This document shows, in pieces, positions 1 through 10,595 of a DNA stretch of 64,000 nt. The notes below the pieces were generated by a model, which was not told the DNA's origin, did no database searches, and was given only the letters and a program-made list of their open reading frames with translations. Position 1 is the first letter of the stretch. Each line of letters opens with the position of its first letter. Source of the DNA: Polyangiales bacterium (GTDB lineage: Bacteria; Myxococcota_A; Polyangia; Polyangiales; Ga0077539); assembly GCA_044229975.1 (NCBI GenBank), contig JBGARZ010000003.1, positions 224,001-288,000 on the forward strand, given 5' to 3'. The position numbers and the translations under genes were made by a program.

Positions 1-1177
1 AGCGCCCCACCAGCCAGGGCATCGCGCGCCCACGGTACACGAAGCCCCCGGTGATGGAGACCCCGTCGGAGCGGGGGTAGTCGAGCACCGGCAGCGTCGT
101 CCCGCCGCTCGCGCAGGGCGTGTCGCGGTAGCAGGAGAAGCCCTCCATGGTGCTCCAGCCGTAGTCCCCGCCGCGGCGGATGATGTCGACCTCCTCGTGG
201 GCGCTCTGTCCGACGTCGCCCGCCCAGAGCTCGCCGGTCGCGCGGTCGAAGCTCCAGCGCCAGGGATTGCGCAGCCCGATGGCGAAGATCTCCGGGCGCC
301 CTCCGCCGGTCGCGTAGGGGTTGTCCGACGGGATGCCGTAGGGCCTTCCGCCCGACGGATGGTCGACGTCGAGGCGCAGAAACTTACCCAAGAGCGTATT
401 GGGGTTCTGCCCGTTGCGCATCGGGTCGCCGCCGTCGCCACCGTCGCCGAAGCCCGCGTAGAGGTATCCGTCGGGGCCGAACATGATGCCGCCGCCATTG
501 TGGTTGCTGAAGGGCTGCGGCAGCTCCAGCACCACCTCCTCGGTGGTCGGGTCGAGCGTGTCGCCACCATCGCGTGACCGCATGCGCGAGATGCGCGAGG
601 TGAACACGCCTGCCTCACCAGCGCGGTTCGCACGCGTGTACGAGAGGTACACCCAACCGTTGGTCGCGAAGGCCGGGTGGAAGGCCATTCCCAGGAAGCC
701 CGCTTCGCCGCCGAAGCCGACGCGTGTGCGGAGGTCGACGACCGTCGGCGCGGTCGACACGTCGGCGACGTTGTCGAAGCGGAAGATGATCCCGTTCTGC
801 TGGGTGAGGTACCAGCGCGTGTTGTCGCCGGGGCGCTGGAGCATCGTGGTGATCTGGTTGTTGGGGGGTAGACGTGGGTACGCCGTGACCGCGCGCACGG
901 CGCCGCCGGATGGAGCCGGGAAGGCGACGCAGGTGCGGTTGATCGGCCGCGTGTCGAGGCCCCACGACCACCCAGCATCGCGAGCGCCCACGTCGGGCGG
1001 ACCCACGTCAGGGAGGTCTCGCGCAACGACGACGTCGCGTGCACCCGCGTCCGCGCTGGCCGCATCTACGTTGGGTGCGTCCAGGCTGCTCGCATCCACG
1101 CCGCCCGCGTCCAGCGAGGTGGACATCCGCGGAGTGCAAGCCGCCGCCATGAGGAGAGCCAGCGATAACCTCTGCAC
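1..1177 (-). CDS. PQQ-dependent glucose/sorbosone (aldose sugar) dehydrogenase family lipoprotein, 3' end outside window
   Basis: Not in the ORF track because it runs off the edge. Manual translation from GTG 1177: VQRLSLALLMAAAC (lipobox)...GEAGFLGMAFHPAF...NHNGGGIMFGPDGYLYAGFGDGG...GLRNPWRWSFD...GDVGQSAHEEVD...GGDYGW. Confidence 0.9.
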   Translation of the reverse strand, partial: MQRLSLALLMAAACTPRMSTSLDAGGVDASSLDAPNVDAASADAGARDVVVARDLPDVGPPDVGARDAGWSWGLDTRPINRTCVAFPAPSGGAVRAVTAYPRLPPNNQITTMLQRPGDNTRWYLTQQNGIIFRFDNVADVSTAPTVVDLRTRVGFGGEAGFLGMAFHPAFATNGWVYLSYTRANRAGEAGVFTSRISRMRSRDGGDTLDPTTEEVVLELPQPFSNHNGGGIMFGPDGYLYAGFGDGGDGGDPMRNGQNPNTLLGKFLRLDVDHPSGGRPYGIPSDNPYATGGGRPEIFAIGLRNPWRWSFDRATGELWAGDVGQSAHEEVDIIRRGGDYGWSTMEGFSCYRDTPCASGGTTLPVLDYPRSDGVSITGGFVYRGRAMPWLVGR

Positions 1178-1247
1178 GGGGAATAAACCGTCGCGGGGGG
1201 CTTGCGGAGGCGTGTTCACGATACCAGAATCTCCTCCATCAAATCGG

Positions 1248-1270
1248 ACACGAGGTCAGTGACTTCGTGT
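1248..1270. promoter_or_regulatory. Near-perfect 23-bp inverted repeat, candidate operator in a divergent intergenic region
   Basis: ACACGAGGTCA-G-TGACTTCGTGT, one mismatch between the arms. Confidence 0.4.
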
Positions 1271-1359
1271 GACACCGACTGGAATAGTGTTCCGGGTGTG
1301 GTGCGTTCGAGGAGATGAAGGGCCGGATGATCCGGCTGAACAGAAAGCGGAGTCCACCA

Positions 1360-1671
1360 ATGCGCATCACCCTCATCGGCGGAGTCGAACGCAACGAGCG
1401 CTCGCTGACCAAGATCGCGAAGGAATTTGGGCACGACCTCGACTTCCACGGCGGGCACATGAACGGCCGCGGCGTCGAGGTGATGGAGCGTCAGATCGAG
1501 CGCTCCGACCTCGTGCTCGTGACCACCGACGTCAACAGCCACACGGCCGTGATGGTCGCGCGCAACGCCTCCAAGCGCATGGGCCGCGAGCTGATGCTCC
1601 TGCGCTCGTGCAACCCGACCCGCTTCCGCGAACTGCTCGCGCAGCGGGCCGGCACGCAGAAGGCGGCCTGA
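1360..1671 (+). CDS. DUF2325 family protein
   Basis: MRITLIGGVER...SDLVLVTTDVNSHTAV; the 'TDxxSH' pattern and ~100-aa size fit DUF2325. GGAG precedes ATG 1360. Confidence 0.8.
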   Translation: MRITLIGGVERNERSLTKIAKEFGHDLDFHGGHMNGRGVEVMERQIERSDLVLVTTDVNSHTAVMVARNASKRMGRELMLLRSCNPTRFRELLAQRAGTQKAA

Positions 1672-1682
1672 GGCAGCGTCCG

Positions 1683-4313
1683 TCACGGGGCGGCCGTCCC
1701 GAGGTAGAGAACCTTCAACGCCGCGATGTTCACGCGGAAGAAGGCGCCATCGGCTCCCCCCAATCCCCCGGTGTACCGGGTGAAGTGTTCGAAGGCCGAC
1801 ATGTTCACGGCGGCGCTGTCGTCGTCGATGACCACGCGGTAGTCGCGGTCGGCCGCGAGGCGGGCGCGCACGAACGAGGAGTCGCGCCACTGGTTCCATG
1901 CCCCGAGCTGCGGCATGACCACGTAGCCCTCGGCGACGGTCACGCCGCCCGCGACCTCGATCACCCGCACGCGCTTCACGCCGCACGTGATGCCCGTGTT
2001 GGTGGCGCCCGCGCCGTTGCCCGCGGTCACCTGCAGGAGGTAGGCGCCCTCCCGCGCGACGCGCAGCAGGGGTAGCTCCAGGCGATGCCCCGGGTCGCCC
2101 CAGTTCTCGTAGTGCATGCGACCGTGGGCGTCGACGAGACGACCGCCCGTGGCGGTGAAGCGGGTCGCGTCGAACTGCTGCACTCGCGACGACCCATCGC
2201 CCCACCAGCACTGCGGCGGCGCGTGCTGCGAGGCGTTGCCGCTGCCGCGGAACACCAGCTCGGCGCTGAAACAATGCGTCGCGGTGTCGGCGTCGGTCGA
2301 CGGATCGGTCCAGGTGTCGCCGTCGGCGGGCCCTAGCGTGGCGACACGACGCCCATCGCGCAGCACCACCACGTCGACGGTCGAGCGTTCTTCGCCCGAC
2401 GTGTCGACGCGAACCTGCACCCGCCCGCCCGCCGCGGTGAGCGCGACGCTCGGGGTGCGCGGTCCGAACACCTGTCGCCAGTCCGCGACGTCGACGGCGG
2501 TGTTGAGCGAAGCGCGCGCCTCGGGCGTGTCGCGCAGCTCGACCTCGATGACGGAGCGCTCGGGCAAGGTCGACGGGTCGATGAAGTCCTCGCCGACGTC
2601 GCGGCCGTCGAGGCGCACCGAGCCCACGGCGTAGGCGCCCGCGCGGTCTGCGCCCGGTGGAGGGAGCGTCACGCGAACGTCGAGGCGGCGCCCGCGGAAG
2701 GTGTAGCCTTGGAGCGCGATGCGGTCGGCCCGCGCGAACCAGGTGTTGCGCATGGTGCGGGTGATGAAGGGACGGGCGCGAATGCCCCGCGCCGAGGTCT
2801 CCAGCCCGAACACCACGTCGTGGACCATCGAGAGGTAGCCCGCGACGCTCCAGAGCTGGCGCTGCGAGTTGACCACCGGGCCGCTGTACATCCCGTCCTC
2901 CACGCGGGGTCGGCCCGTGACGAACTCGAAGTTCTCCATGTTGGAGAGGTTGAGCGCGGCGGCGCGGACCATGGAGGTGACGTTCCAGTCGACGCTGGCG
3001 TCGCTGCGAACCTGTCGCGCGGCGCGGAGCCAATAGGCCGTGACGAAGGGCCACGACGCGCGGTTGTGATAGATCGCCGTGAGCTGCTGCTGCGGCCAGA
3101 GCACCGGGAGACCGCGGCCCGCGTGCGGGTACCGGGCGACCATCTGGCGCGACTGCTCCTCGGTCGCGACGCCGGTGAGCACGGCGAGCGCCGAGCCGAG
3201 CGCGTCCCAGCGACGCACCGGGGAGGGGTCGAGCTCGGTGGTGGTGAAGGCGCTGAACTGGCCATCGTCGGCGAGCCAGAAGCGGCGCTGGATGCCCTGC
3301 TTCAGCGCATCGGCCCAACCGCGGTAGCGGGCCGCGGCGGTGGCGTCGGAGCGCTCGGTGGAGAGCGTCGCGAGCAGGTCGAGCATCGCGTAGTGGAGGA
3401 CGTTGGTGCTGAGCGAGCGCGACATCGCGATGTGCACGGGGTCGGTGGCGGTCCACCCGGGGTAGCTCTGCTCGCGCCAGTCGAGGAAGGAGTGCTCGCC
3501 GCGGTAGAGGCCGTCGGTCGCGTCGAAGACAACGCGCCGGTCGTGCTCGGCGGTGTTGACCATCGCGGGGTAGGCCGCGTCGAGGAAGCGCGCGCGCTCG
3601 GCGCCATCGAGGTGCTTGAGCATCTCCGCGGCGCCTAGCGCCCACACCACACGATCGGTGGAGACGGGGTAGCTGCCGCCCGTTCCAGTGTCCTGAACGA
3701 TCTGCGGAGCAGTGCCGTCACGACGCGCGGAGAGCTTGAAGAGCAGGGAGTTGCGGGCGCGCAGCGGGTCCATCGCCGCGAGCCCGAGGTTCACGGCGTA
3801 GGCGGTGTCGCGGGTCCAGACGTAGTTCCAGAGGCGGCCGGTCTCGAAGCAGCCCTCGGCGGGGCAGTCGAGGCCGTTGCCGCGGTTGAAGGCGCCGTCG
3901 CGGATGGTGGAGACGGAGTTCTCTCGCATCTCGTCGATGGCGAGGGCGTAGAGCGCGTCGAAGAGGTCGTGCCCGGTTCGCAGCGTCGACCACGCATCAC
4001 GCTCGCGCACGGTGCGCGGGTTGGCGGGCTGGTTGTCGCGCAGCGCCGCGGTGCTTCGCAGCAGGTAGGTGCGCGCGCACGCTGCGTGGTCGTCGATGGT
4101 GACGGTGACCCGATCGCTGCCGTCGACGAGCTCACTGGTCATGCCCGCGCGTGGGGTGATGGCGCCCTCGCACGTGGACCGTGCGGCGTCAGTGCCGGGT
4201 GCGTCGCTCACGCGGCCTGCGTCGGTGTTGTTGGTGGCGGGAGGGTCGTCGCAGCCGCCGAGGGCGAGCGCGACGAGGGGCAGCAGCGAGCGAGCGCGAA
4301 GACCTTTGTGCAC
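1683..4313 (-). CDS. Six-hairpin glycoside hydrolase lipoprotein (amylo-alpha-1,6-glucosidase/GH63-like) with a C-terminal CBM-like domain
   Basis: Lipobox LGGC; WNYVWTRDTAY, GGSYPVSTDRVVW, GEHSFLDWREQSYP, IYHNRASWPFVT, NSQRQLWSVAGY. Confidence 0.8.
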   Translation of the reverse strand: MHKGLRARSLLPLVALALGGCDDPPATNNTDAGRVSDAPGTDAARSTCEGAITPRAGMTSELVDGSDRVTVTIDDHAACARTYLLRSTAALRDNQPANPRTVRERDAWSTLRTGHDLFDALYALAIDEMRENSVSTIRDGAFNRGNGLDCPAEGCFETGRLWNYVWTRDTAYAVNLGLAAMDPLRARNSLLFKLSARRDGTAPQIVQDTGTGGSYPVSTDRVVWALGAAEMLKHLDGAERARFLDAAYPAMVNTAEHDRRVVFDATDGLYRGEHSFLDWREQSYPGWTATDPVHIAMSRSLSTNVLHYAMLDLLATLSTERSDATAAARYRGWADALKQGIQRRFWLADDGQFSAFTTTELDPSPVRRWDALGSALAVLTGVATEEQSRQMVARYPHAGRGLPVLWPQQQLTAIYHNRASWPFVTAYWLRAARQVRSDASVDWNVTSMVRAAALNLSNMENFEFVTGRPRVEDGMYSGPVVNSQRQLWSVAGYLSMVHDVVFGLETSARGIRARPFITRTMRNTWFARADRIALQGYTFRGRRLDVRVTLPPPGADRAGAYAVGSVRLDGRDVGEDFIDPSTLPERSVIEVELRDTPEARASLNTAVDVADWRQVFGPRTPSVALTAAGGRVQVRVDTSGEERSTVDVVVLRDGRRVATLGPADGDTWTDPSTDADTATHCFSAELVFRGSGNASQHAPPQCWWGDGSSRVQQFDATRFTATGGRLVDAHGRMHYENWGDPGHRLELPLLRVAREGAYLLQVTAGNGAGATNTGITCGVKRVRVIEVAGGVTVAEGYVVMPQLGAWNQWRDSSFVRARLAADRDYRVVIDDDSAAVNMSAFEHFTRYTGGLGGADGAFFRVNIAALKVLYLGTAAP

Positions 4314-4368
4314 AGGGTCGATTGTCCACGCCGAGGTGAGGCGCGGGCAAGCACCGACACTCCAGTGG

Positions 4369-5049
4369 TCAGATGTTGGGGATCTGCCAGTCGATGGGCT
4401 TGTGGCCGAGCTTCGTGAGCGCGTCGTTGACCTTCGAGTAGGGCTTCGAGCCCATGAAGAGCTTCACCGAGAGCGGCGACGGGTGCGCGCCTTCGATGAC
4501 GATGTGCTTCTTGGCGTCGACGAGCTTCGCCTTCTTCTTGGCGTAGTTGCCCCACAGGAGAAACACCGCGGGCTTCTCGCGCTCGGAGATGGCCTTGATG
4601 GCCGCGTCGGTGAACTTCTCCCAGCCCTGATCCTTGTGGGAGTTGGGCGTGTGGGCGCGGACGGTCATCACGGCGTTGAGCATCAGCATCCCCTGCTTCG
4701 CCCACGGCACGAGGTACCCGTTGTTGGGGATGGTGCACCCGAGGTCGGACTTGAGTTCCTTGTACATGTTGACCAGCGACGGGGGCGTGGAGATGCCCGG
4801 CTTCACCGAGAAGCACAGCCCGTGGGCCTGGCCGACGTCGTGGTAGGGGTCCTGCCCGATGAGCACGACCTTCGTGTCGTTGAAGGGCGAGTGGTGAAAG
4901 GCCGAGAAGACCTCGTCCTCCGGCGGAAACACCTGGCCTGACGCGCGCTCCTTCGCGACGAAGTCCATCAGGGCCTTGAAATAGTCCTTGTCGAACTCGG
5001 CGCCGAGCGCCGCCTGCCAGTCGGACGGAAGGTTGGGACGATCGCTCAT
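4369..5049 (-). CDS. ung: Uracil-DNA glycosylase (family 1)
   Basis: GQDPYH, AHGLCFS, PPSLVN and HPSPLS motifs. Confidence 0.97.
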   Translation of the reverse strand: MSDRPNLPSDWQAALGAEFDKDYFKALMDFVAKERASGQVFPPEDEVFSAFHHSPFNDTKVVLIGQDPYHDVGQAHGLCFSVKPGISTPPSLVNMYKELKSDLGCTIPNNGYLVPWAKQGMLMLNAVMTVRAHTPNSHKDQGWEKFTDAAIKAISEREKPAVFLLWGNYAKKKAKLVDAKKHIVIEGAHPSPLSVKLFMGSKPYSKVNDALTKLGHKPIDWQIPNI

Positions 5050-5087
5050 CGGTTTGTCGTGGCTCCGTGCAGAGGTTGGGAGGGGAA

Positions 5088-5507
5088 TCAGGCGATGGCG
5101 GCGGCGATGGCCTTCGCGAGCGCGGCGCCGGCGGCGTGGTCGAAGTGCCCGGTGGCGTTCCAGACAACGCCGAGGCCCTGCGAGGAGTCGGGTCGCGGGA
5201 TGATGTGGAAGTGAACGTGGAAGACGGCCTGGTGCGCGAGGGCGCCGTTGTTCTGGAGGACGTTGAAGTCCTCGCAGCCGGTGGCCTTCTTCACGGCGCG
5301 GCAGAGGCGCGGGAGCACCCGTCCGAGCGCCGCCGCGGAGTCATCCGAGAGCGCGTCGAGCGTGACCGCGGGCTCCTTCGGGATCACCAGCGTGTGGCCG
5401 CGGCTCAGCGGTCCGATGTCGAGGAAGGCCAGGACGAGGTCGTCCTCGTAGACCTTGTGACAGGGGATCTCGCCCCGAAGAATCTTGCCGAAGATGGTGT
5501 CTGCCAT
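5088..5507 (-). CDS. HIT family nucleotide hydrolase
   Basis: TIFGKILRGEIP, GHTLVIPK, histidine triad HVHFH. Confidence 0.95.
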   Translation of the reverse strand: MADTIFGKILRGEIPCHKVYEDDLVLAFLDIGPLSRGHTLVIPKEPAVTLDALSDDSAAALGRVLPRLCRAVKKATGCEDFNVLQNNGALAHQAVFHVHFHIIPRPDSSQGLGVVWNATGHFDHAAGAALAKAIAAAIA

Positions 5508-5708
5508 GGGGGTGCTTCGGCGCGGCAGGGTACATCAACACGACGACACAAAGAGGGGGAGGCGCCGATGCCTCGCCGTGGTCACCAGAGCCCCACTGCG
5601 GACCGTGAATTTCCGGTCTCTCGGGCGTTGCGGTCGGTGTGCGCGCGGGGTGTAGAGTCGCGCTCGGACCGTCGTCGTCAGGTGGGCGTCGTCCGGAAAG
5701 AGGCCGTC

Positions 5709-7583
5709 ATGGGTTCAAGAGTCTTCGTGGTCGCGCTCGTGCTCGGGCTTCCGCTGGCGGGCTGTTCGCAGAGTGAGTCGCAGGTCGTCGTCCCCGACCC
5801 CAGCACCACCCGCGACTCGGGCAACGGCAACAACGGCCGCGGCGACGGCTCGCGCTCCGACGGCGCCGGGGTGATCGACAACGACGGCTGGAGCGACTTC
5901 GACGGCGGCACGTCGACCGGCGACAGCGGCACGGTGCGCCCCTTCGACGGCTTCGACCTCGACGGGCTCACCTTCGACTTCGACGTCACCGAACCTCCCG
6001 GGGACGGCAGCGTCGGCCCTGGTCCCGGTGACCTCACCCGACCCGACCCGTGCGGCAACGGGCTCGACGACGACCGCAACGGGCTCGTCGACGACGGGTG
6101 CCTGTGCACGGCCGGGCGCACACAACGCTGCTTCGCGGGCGACCCGGCGTTGGCGGGGCGTGGCGTGTGCGTGTGGGGCGTTCAGACCTGCGAGGGCATC
6201 CAGACCGATGGCTCGTGGGGCGCCTGCACCGGCTCGGGCGCGGCCGTCACCGAGACCTGCGACATGGCCGACAACAACTGCGACGGGCTCATCGACGAGA
6301 CCTGTCCCTGCACGGCGGGCGCGACGCGCTCCTGCTACTCGGGGCCGGCGGCTTCGCTCGGGCGCGGCACCTGCCGCGGCGGGACGCAGACCTGCGGGGC
6401 CGACAGCCGGTGGGGCGCGTGCTCGGGTGAGATCACGCCCGCGGCCGAGGCGTGCGACGGGGCCGACCGCAACTGCGACGGCGCCGCGATGGACGGCTGC
6501 ACCTGCACGGTCGGCGCGACGGAGAGCTGCTACTCGGGGCCGACCGGGGCCATCGGGATGGGCGCCTGTCGCGGGGGGTCACGCACCTGCGTGCGGCTCG
6601 CGGGCGGCGGCTCGGACTGGGGTCCGTGCGGCGGCGAGGTGCTGCCGCGCTCGGAGGTTTGCTCGGGCGGCATCGACGAGGACTGCAACGGCATCATCGA
6701 CTGCGCGGACCAGGAGTGCATCGCGACCGCGGAGTGCATCGCCCCGCGCTGCGTGATGGGCGAGGTCGAAGACCTGCTGCCCGAGGTGGGCGAGATCACG
6801 CTCATCGCCGACCGCTCGGGCAGCATGGACCTGCGGGTGCCCGACGGCGCGACGCGCTGGGGTGCGCTGCGCTCGGCGACCAACATCGTGCTGCCGCGCA
6901 TCGAGGACGCCTTCGACATCGGGCTGGAGCTCTTCCCGGCCGTGGGTCCGTGCAGCGTCCCCGATGAGGGCATGACGCTGCCCGCCAGCCGCGGCAACGC
7001 GCGGCTCATCCCCGACATCATGACCCGCATCGGCCCCGACGGTAACACCCCGACCCGGGCCGCCATCGAAGGCGCGCGCGGCTTCTTCTCCCGCCATCCG
7101 ACGCCGGTGCGCCGCTTCGTGCTGCTCGCCACCGACGGCGAACCCAACTGCGGCGGCCCGGTGGGTCAGGTCGTCAGCTCCATCACGGCGCTGCGCGCCG
7201 ACGGCATCGACACCTTCGTGCTCGGCATCCCCGGCCCGCGCGACTCGCTCAACCAGATGGCCATCGCGGGCGGACGGGCGCGCGCGGGCGGGACGTCGTT
7301 CTATGAGGCGACCACCACGGCGCAGCTCACGGCGGCGATTCGCGCCATCACCTCGGCGACCAACACCTGCGAGTACCCGGTGCCCTCGTCGCTCCTGCCC
7401 ATCGGCGACCTGTCGCGCTTCCGCATCCTCTTCAACGGATCGCCAGTCGCGGCCGACGCCACCAACGGCTGGAGCTTCACCGACGCCGCGCGCAGCCGCA
7501 TCCGCCTCAACGGCACCTCGTGCACGACGCTCCGCTCGGGCACCGTCACCAGCGTCGTCGCCACGTACAACTGCCCGCTCTGA
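5709..7583 (+). CDS. Lipoprotein with MopE-like Cys/Asp repeats and a C-terminal VWA domain (putative adhesin)
   Basis: Start reassigned to ATG 5709 (SD-like AAGAGG, lipobox LAGC). Four CD..D.NC.G..D-type repeats; MIDAS DRSGSM...T...ATDG. Confidence 0.85.
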   Translation: MGSRVFVVALVLGLPLAGCSQSESQVVVPDPSTTRDSGNGNNGRGDGSRSDGAGVIDNDGWSDFDGGTSTGDSGTVRPFDGFDLDGLTFDFDVTEPPGDGSVGPGPGDLTRPDPCGNGLDDDRNGLVDDGCLCTAGRTQRCFAGDPALAGRGVCVWGVQTCEGIQTDGSWGACTGSGAAVTETCDMADNNCDGLIDETCPCTAGATRSCYSGPAASLGRGTCRGGTQTCGADSRWGACSGEITPAAEACDGADRNCDGAAMDGCTCTVGATESCYSGPTGAIGMGACRGGSRTCVRLAGGGSDWGPCGGEVLPRSEVCSGGIDEDCNGIIDCADQECIATAECIAPRCVMGEVEDLLPEVGEITLIADRSGSMDLRVPDGATRWGALRSATNIVLPRIEDAFDIGLELFPAVGPCSVPDEGMTLPASRGNARLIPDIMTRIGPDGNTPTRAAIEGARGFFSRHPTPVRRFVLLATDGEPNCGGPVGQVVSSITALRADGIDTFVLGIPGPRDSLNQMAIAGGRARAGGTSFYEATTTAQLTAAIRAITSATNTCEYPVPSSLLPIGDLSRFRILFNGSPVAADATNGWSFTDAARSRIRLNGTSCTTLRSGTVTSVVATYNCPL

Positions 7584-7601
7584 CGGAGCGTCCACGGGAT
7601 T

Positions 7602-7680
7602 CCGGCGTTCTCACGAGCGCCGGTCCTTCCGAAGAGAGGTCAGTCATCCGCCTCAGCGGAACGAGCGACCTCCACCCTTC
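7602..7680 (-). ncRNA. Candidate structured RNA or terminator-like element: two consecutive hairpins downstream of ahpD
   Basis: Minus strand: GAAGG-GTG-GAGGTC...TCCGC[TGAG]GCGGA...GACCTC-TCTTC, linker GGAAGGA, then CCGGCG-CTC[GTGA]GAA-CGCCGG. Confidence 0.35.
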
Positions 7681-7712
7681 AATGATGTCTGGCGGAGAGA
7701 GGGAGCCGACGC

Positions 7713-8237
7713 TCAGGCGTCGAGGGCGACGGCCACGCCGTTGATCACGGCGGCGATGCGGAGCGCATCGAACACGTGGTCTTCGGTGAGGCCGCCTTCG
7801 AGGATGGTGCGGTCGTGCGCCTTCAGGCACACCTCGCAGCCCTTCACGGCGCTGGCGGCGATGCAGAACAGCTCGAAGTCGAGCTTCGTCGAAGCGGGCT
7901 TGGCGATGCGGTTCATCCGCAGGCGGGCAGGCTTCTTCTCGTACGTCTCCTTCCCGAGGAGGTGACGGCCCCGGTAGAAGACGTTGTTCATCGCCATGAT
8001 GGCGGCCGCGGCGCGGGCGTCGTCGATGGTGGCCTCCTCGACCCCGGCCTCGCGGGCGCTCACCAGCACCGCGTCACGGAGCGCGGGGTGCCGCGCGGTG
8101 ATGGCCGCGGTGATGGCCGAGCCCCAGCGCTGCGCGAGGGACAACGTGCCGTCGCCGAGCACGGAGCCGACGTTGAGACGAAGGTCGCGCGCGACGTCAG
8201 GGAGCCGCTCGATGAGGGCTTCGAGGGTTTCGCTCAT
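7713..8237 (-). CDS. ahpD: Alkylhydroperoxidase AhpD
   Basis: DLRLN, AAAIMAMNNVFYR, FELFCIAASAVKGCEVCLKAH (CxxC); immediately downstream of ahpC. Confidence 0.95.
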   Translation of the reverse strand: MSETLEALIERLPDVARDLRLNVGSVLGDGTLSLAQRWGSAITAAITARHPALRDAVLVSAREAGVEEATIDDARAAAAIMAMNNVFYRGRHLLGKETYEKKPARLRMNRIAKPASTKLDFELFCIAASAVKGCEVCLKAHDRTILEGGLTEDHVFDALRIAAVINGVAVALDA

Positions 8238-8253
8238 GGTGCGCTCTCGACCC

Positions 8254-8784
8254 TCAGAGGGTCTTGTCGCCCTTCTGCCAGTTGCACGGGCAGAGCTCGT
8301 CGGTCTGCAGGGCGTCGAGCGTGCGGAGCACCTCGGGGACGCTGCGGCCCACGCTCAGGTCGTTGACCGAGGCCCAGCGGATGGTGCCCTGCGGGTCGAC
8401 GATGAAGGTCGCGCGGAGGCACACGCCGTCCTCCTTGTGGAGGATGCCGAGGCCCTTGGAGAGTTCCTGCTTCGCGTCGGCGAGCATCGGGAAGGGGAGG
8501 TTGCGGAGGTCGTCGTGGTGGGTGCGCCACGCGTGGTGGACGAAGTGCGAGTCGGTGCTCAGGCCGAGCACCTGCGCGTCGCGGTCGTTGAAGTCCCTGT
8601 TGCGCTTGCCGAACTCCGCGATCTCCGTCGGGCAGATGAACGTGAAGTCCATCGGCCACGCGAAGAGCACCAGCCACTTGCCCTCGTAGGACTTGTCCGT
8701 GATGCGGGCGAACTCCTTGCCCTTCTCAAGCGAGACACAAGCCTGGAGGTTGAACGCGGGAATCTGGTCGCCAATGGTCAGCAT
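8254..8784 (-). CDS. ahpC: 2-Cys peroxiredoxin AhpC
   Basis: MLTIGDQIP start (SD AGGAG); WPMDFTFICPTE peroxidatic Cys; LQTDELCPCNW resolving Cys. Confidence 0.96.
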   Translation of the reverse strand: MLTIGDQIPAFNLQACVSLEKGKEFARITDKSYEGKWLVLFAWPMDFTFICPTEIAEFGKRNRDFNDRDAQVLGLSTDSHFVHHAWRTHHDDLRNLPFPMLADAKQELSKGLGILHKEDGVCLRATFIVDPQGTIRWASVNDLSVGRSVPEVLRTLDALQTDELCPCNWQKGDKTL

Positions 8785-8844
8785 CGTGGGATCTCCTGTC
8801 GGTGACGCCGGCGCCTCTGCCGGGTCTTTGGTGACGGGCCTTGT

Positions 8845-8860
8845 ATCGAGAATCGGGCCA
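8845..8860 (-). promoter_or_regulatory. Candidate sigma-54 (-24/-12) promoter for ahpCD
   Basis: Minus strand TGGCCCGATTCTCGAT against the consensus TGGCACG-N4-TTGC (GG-N10-GA variant), ~60 nt upstream of the ahpC ATG and next to a bEBP gene. Confidence 0.5.
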
Positions 8861-8918
8861 CACAGCATCACCCCTTCTCTTCCCCATGAATTCGCCTCGA
8901 TCGTGGCCTCTCACCGCC

Positions 8919-8951
8919 CACCGATATATCGGTGACAACGACATTTCGGTG
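8919..8951. promoter_or_regulatory. Tandem dyad enhancer sites, putative binding sites of the adjacent bEBP
   Basis: Perfect palindrome CACCGATATATCGGTG (8919-8934), then an imperfect copy CGACATTTCGGTG (8939-8951); centres 17 bp apart. Confidence 0.6.
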
Positions 8952-8998
8952 ACTCGCCACTGGCATTCCGGTGGAGCCCATCGCATGGATGAGCGCCC

Positions 8999-10573
<1,575 letters not shown>

Positions 10574-10595
10574 GGGAGAGTAAAGCCCGCGGCGA

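Noticed and set aside
1216..3645. 809-aa minus-strand ORF
   Set aside because: Arg/Pro-rich off-frame shadow of the glycoside hydrolase gene; stop codons are scarce at this GC content
5067..5708. N-terminal extension of the 838-aa ORF, which would overlap the HIT gene
   Set aside because: The lipoprotein signal starts at ATG 5709; the extension is antisense to HIT
7602..7680. Hairpins as SRP RNA, tRNA, hammerhead ribozyme or SECIS element
   Set aside because: No SRP GGAA/GCAG internal-loop motif, cloverleaf or CUGANGA/GAAA core, and no credible UGA read-through ORF
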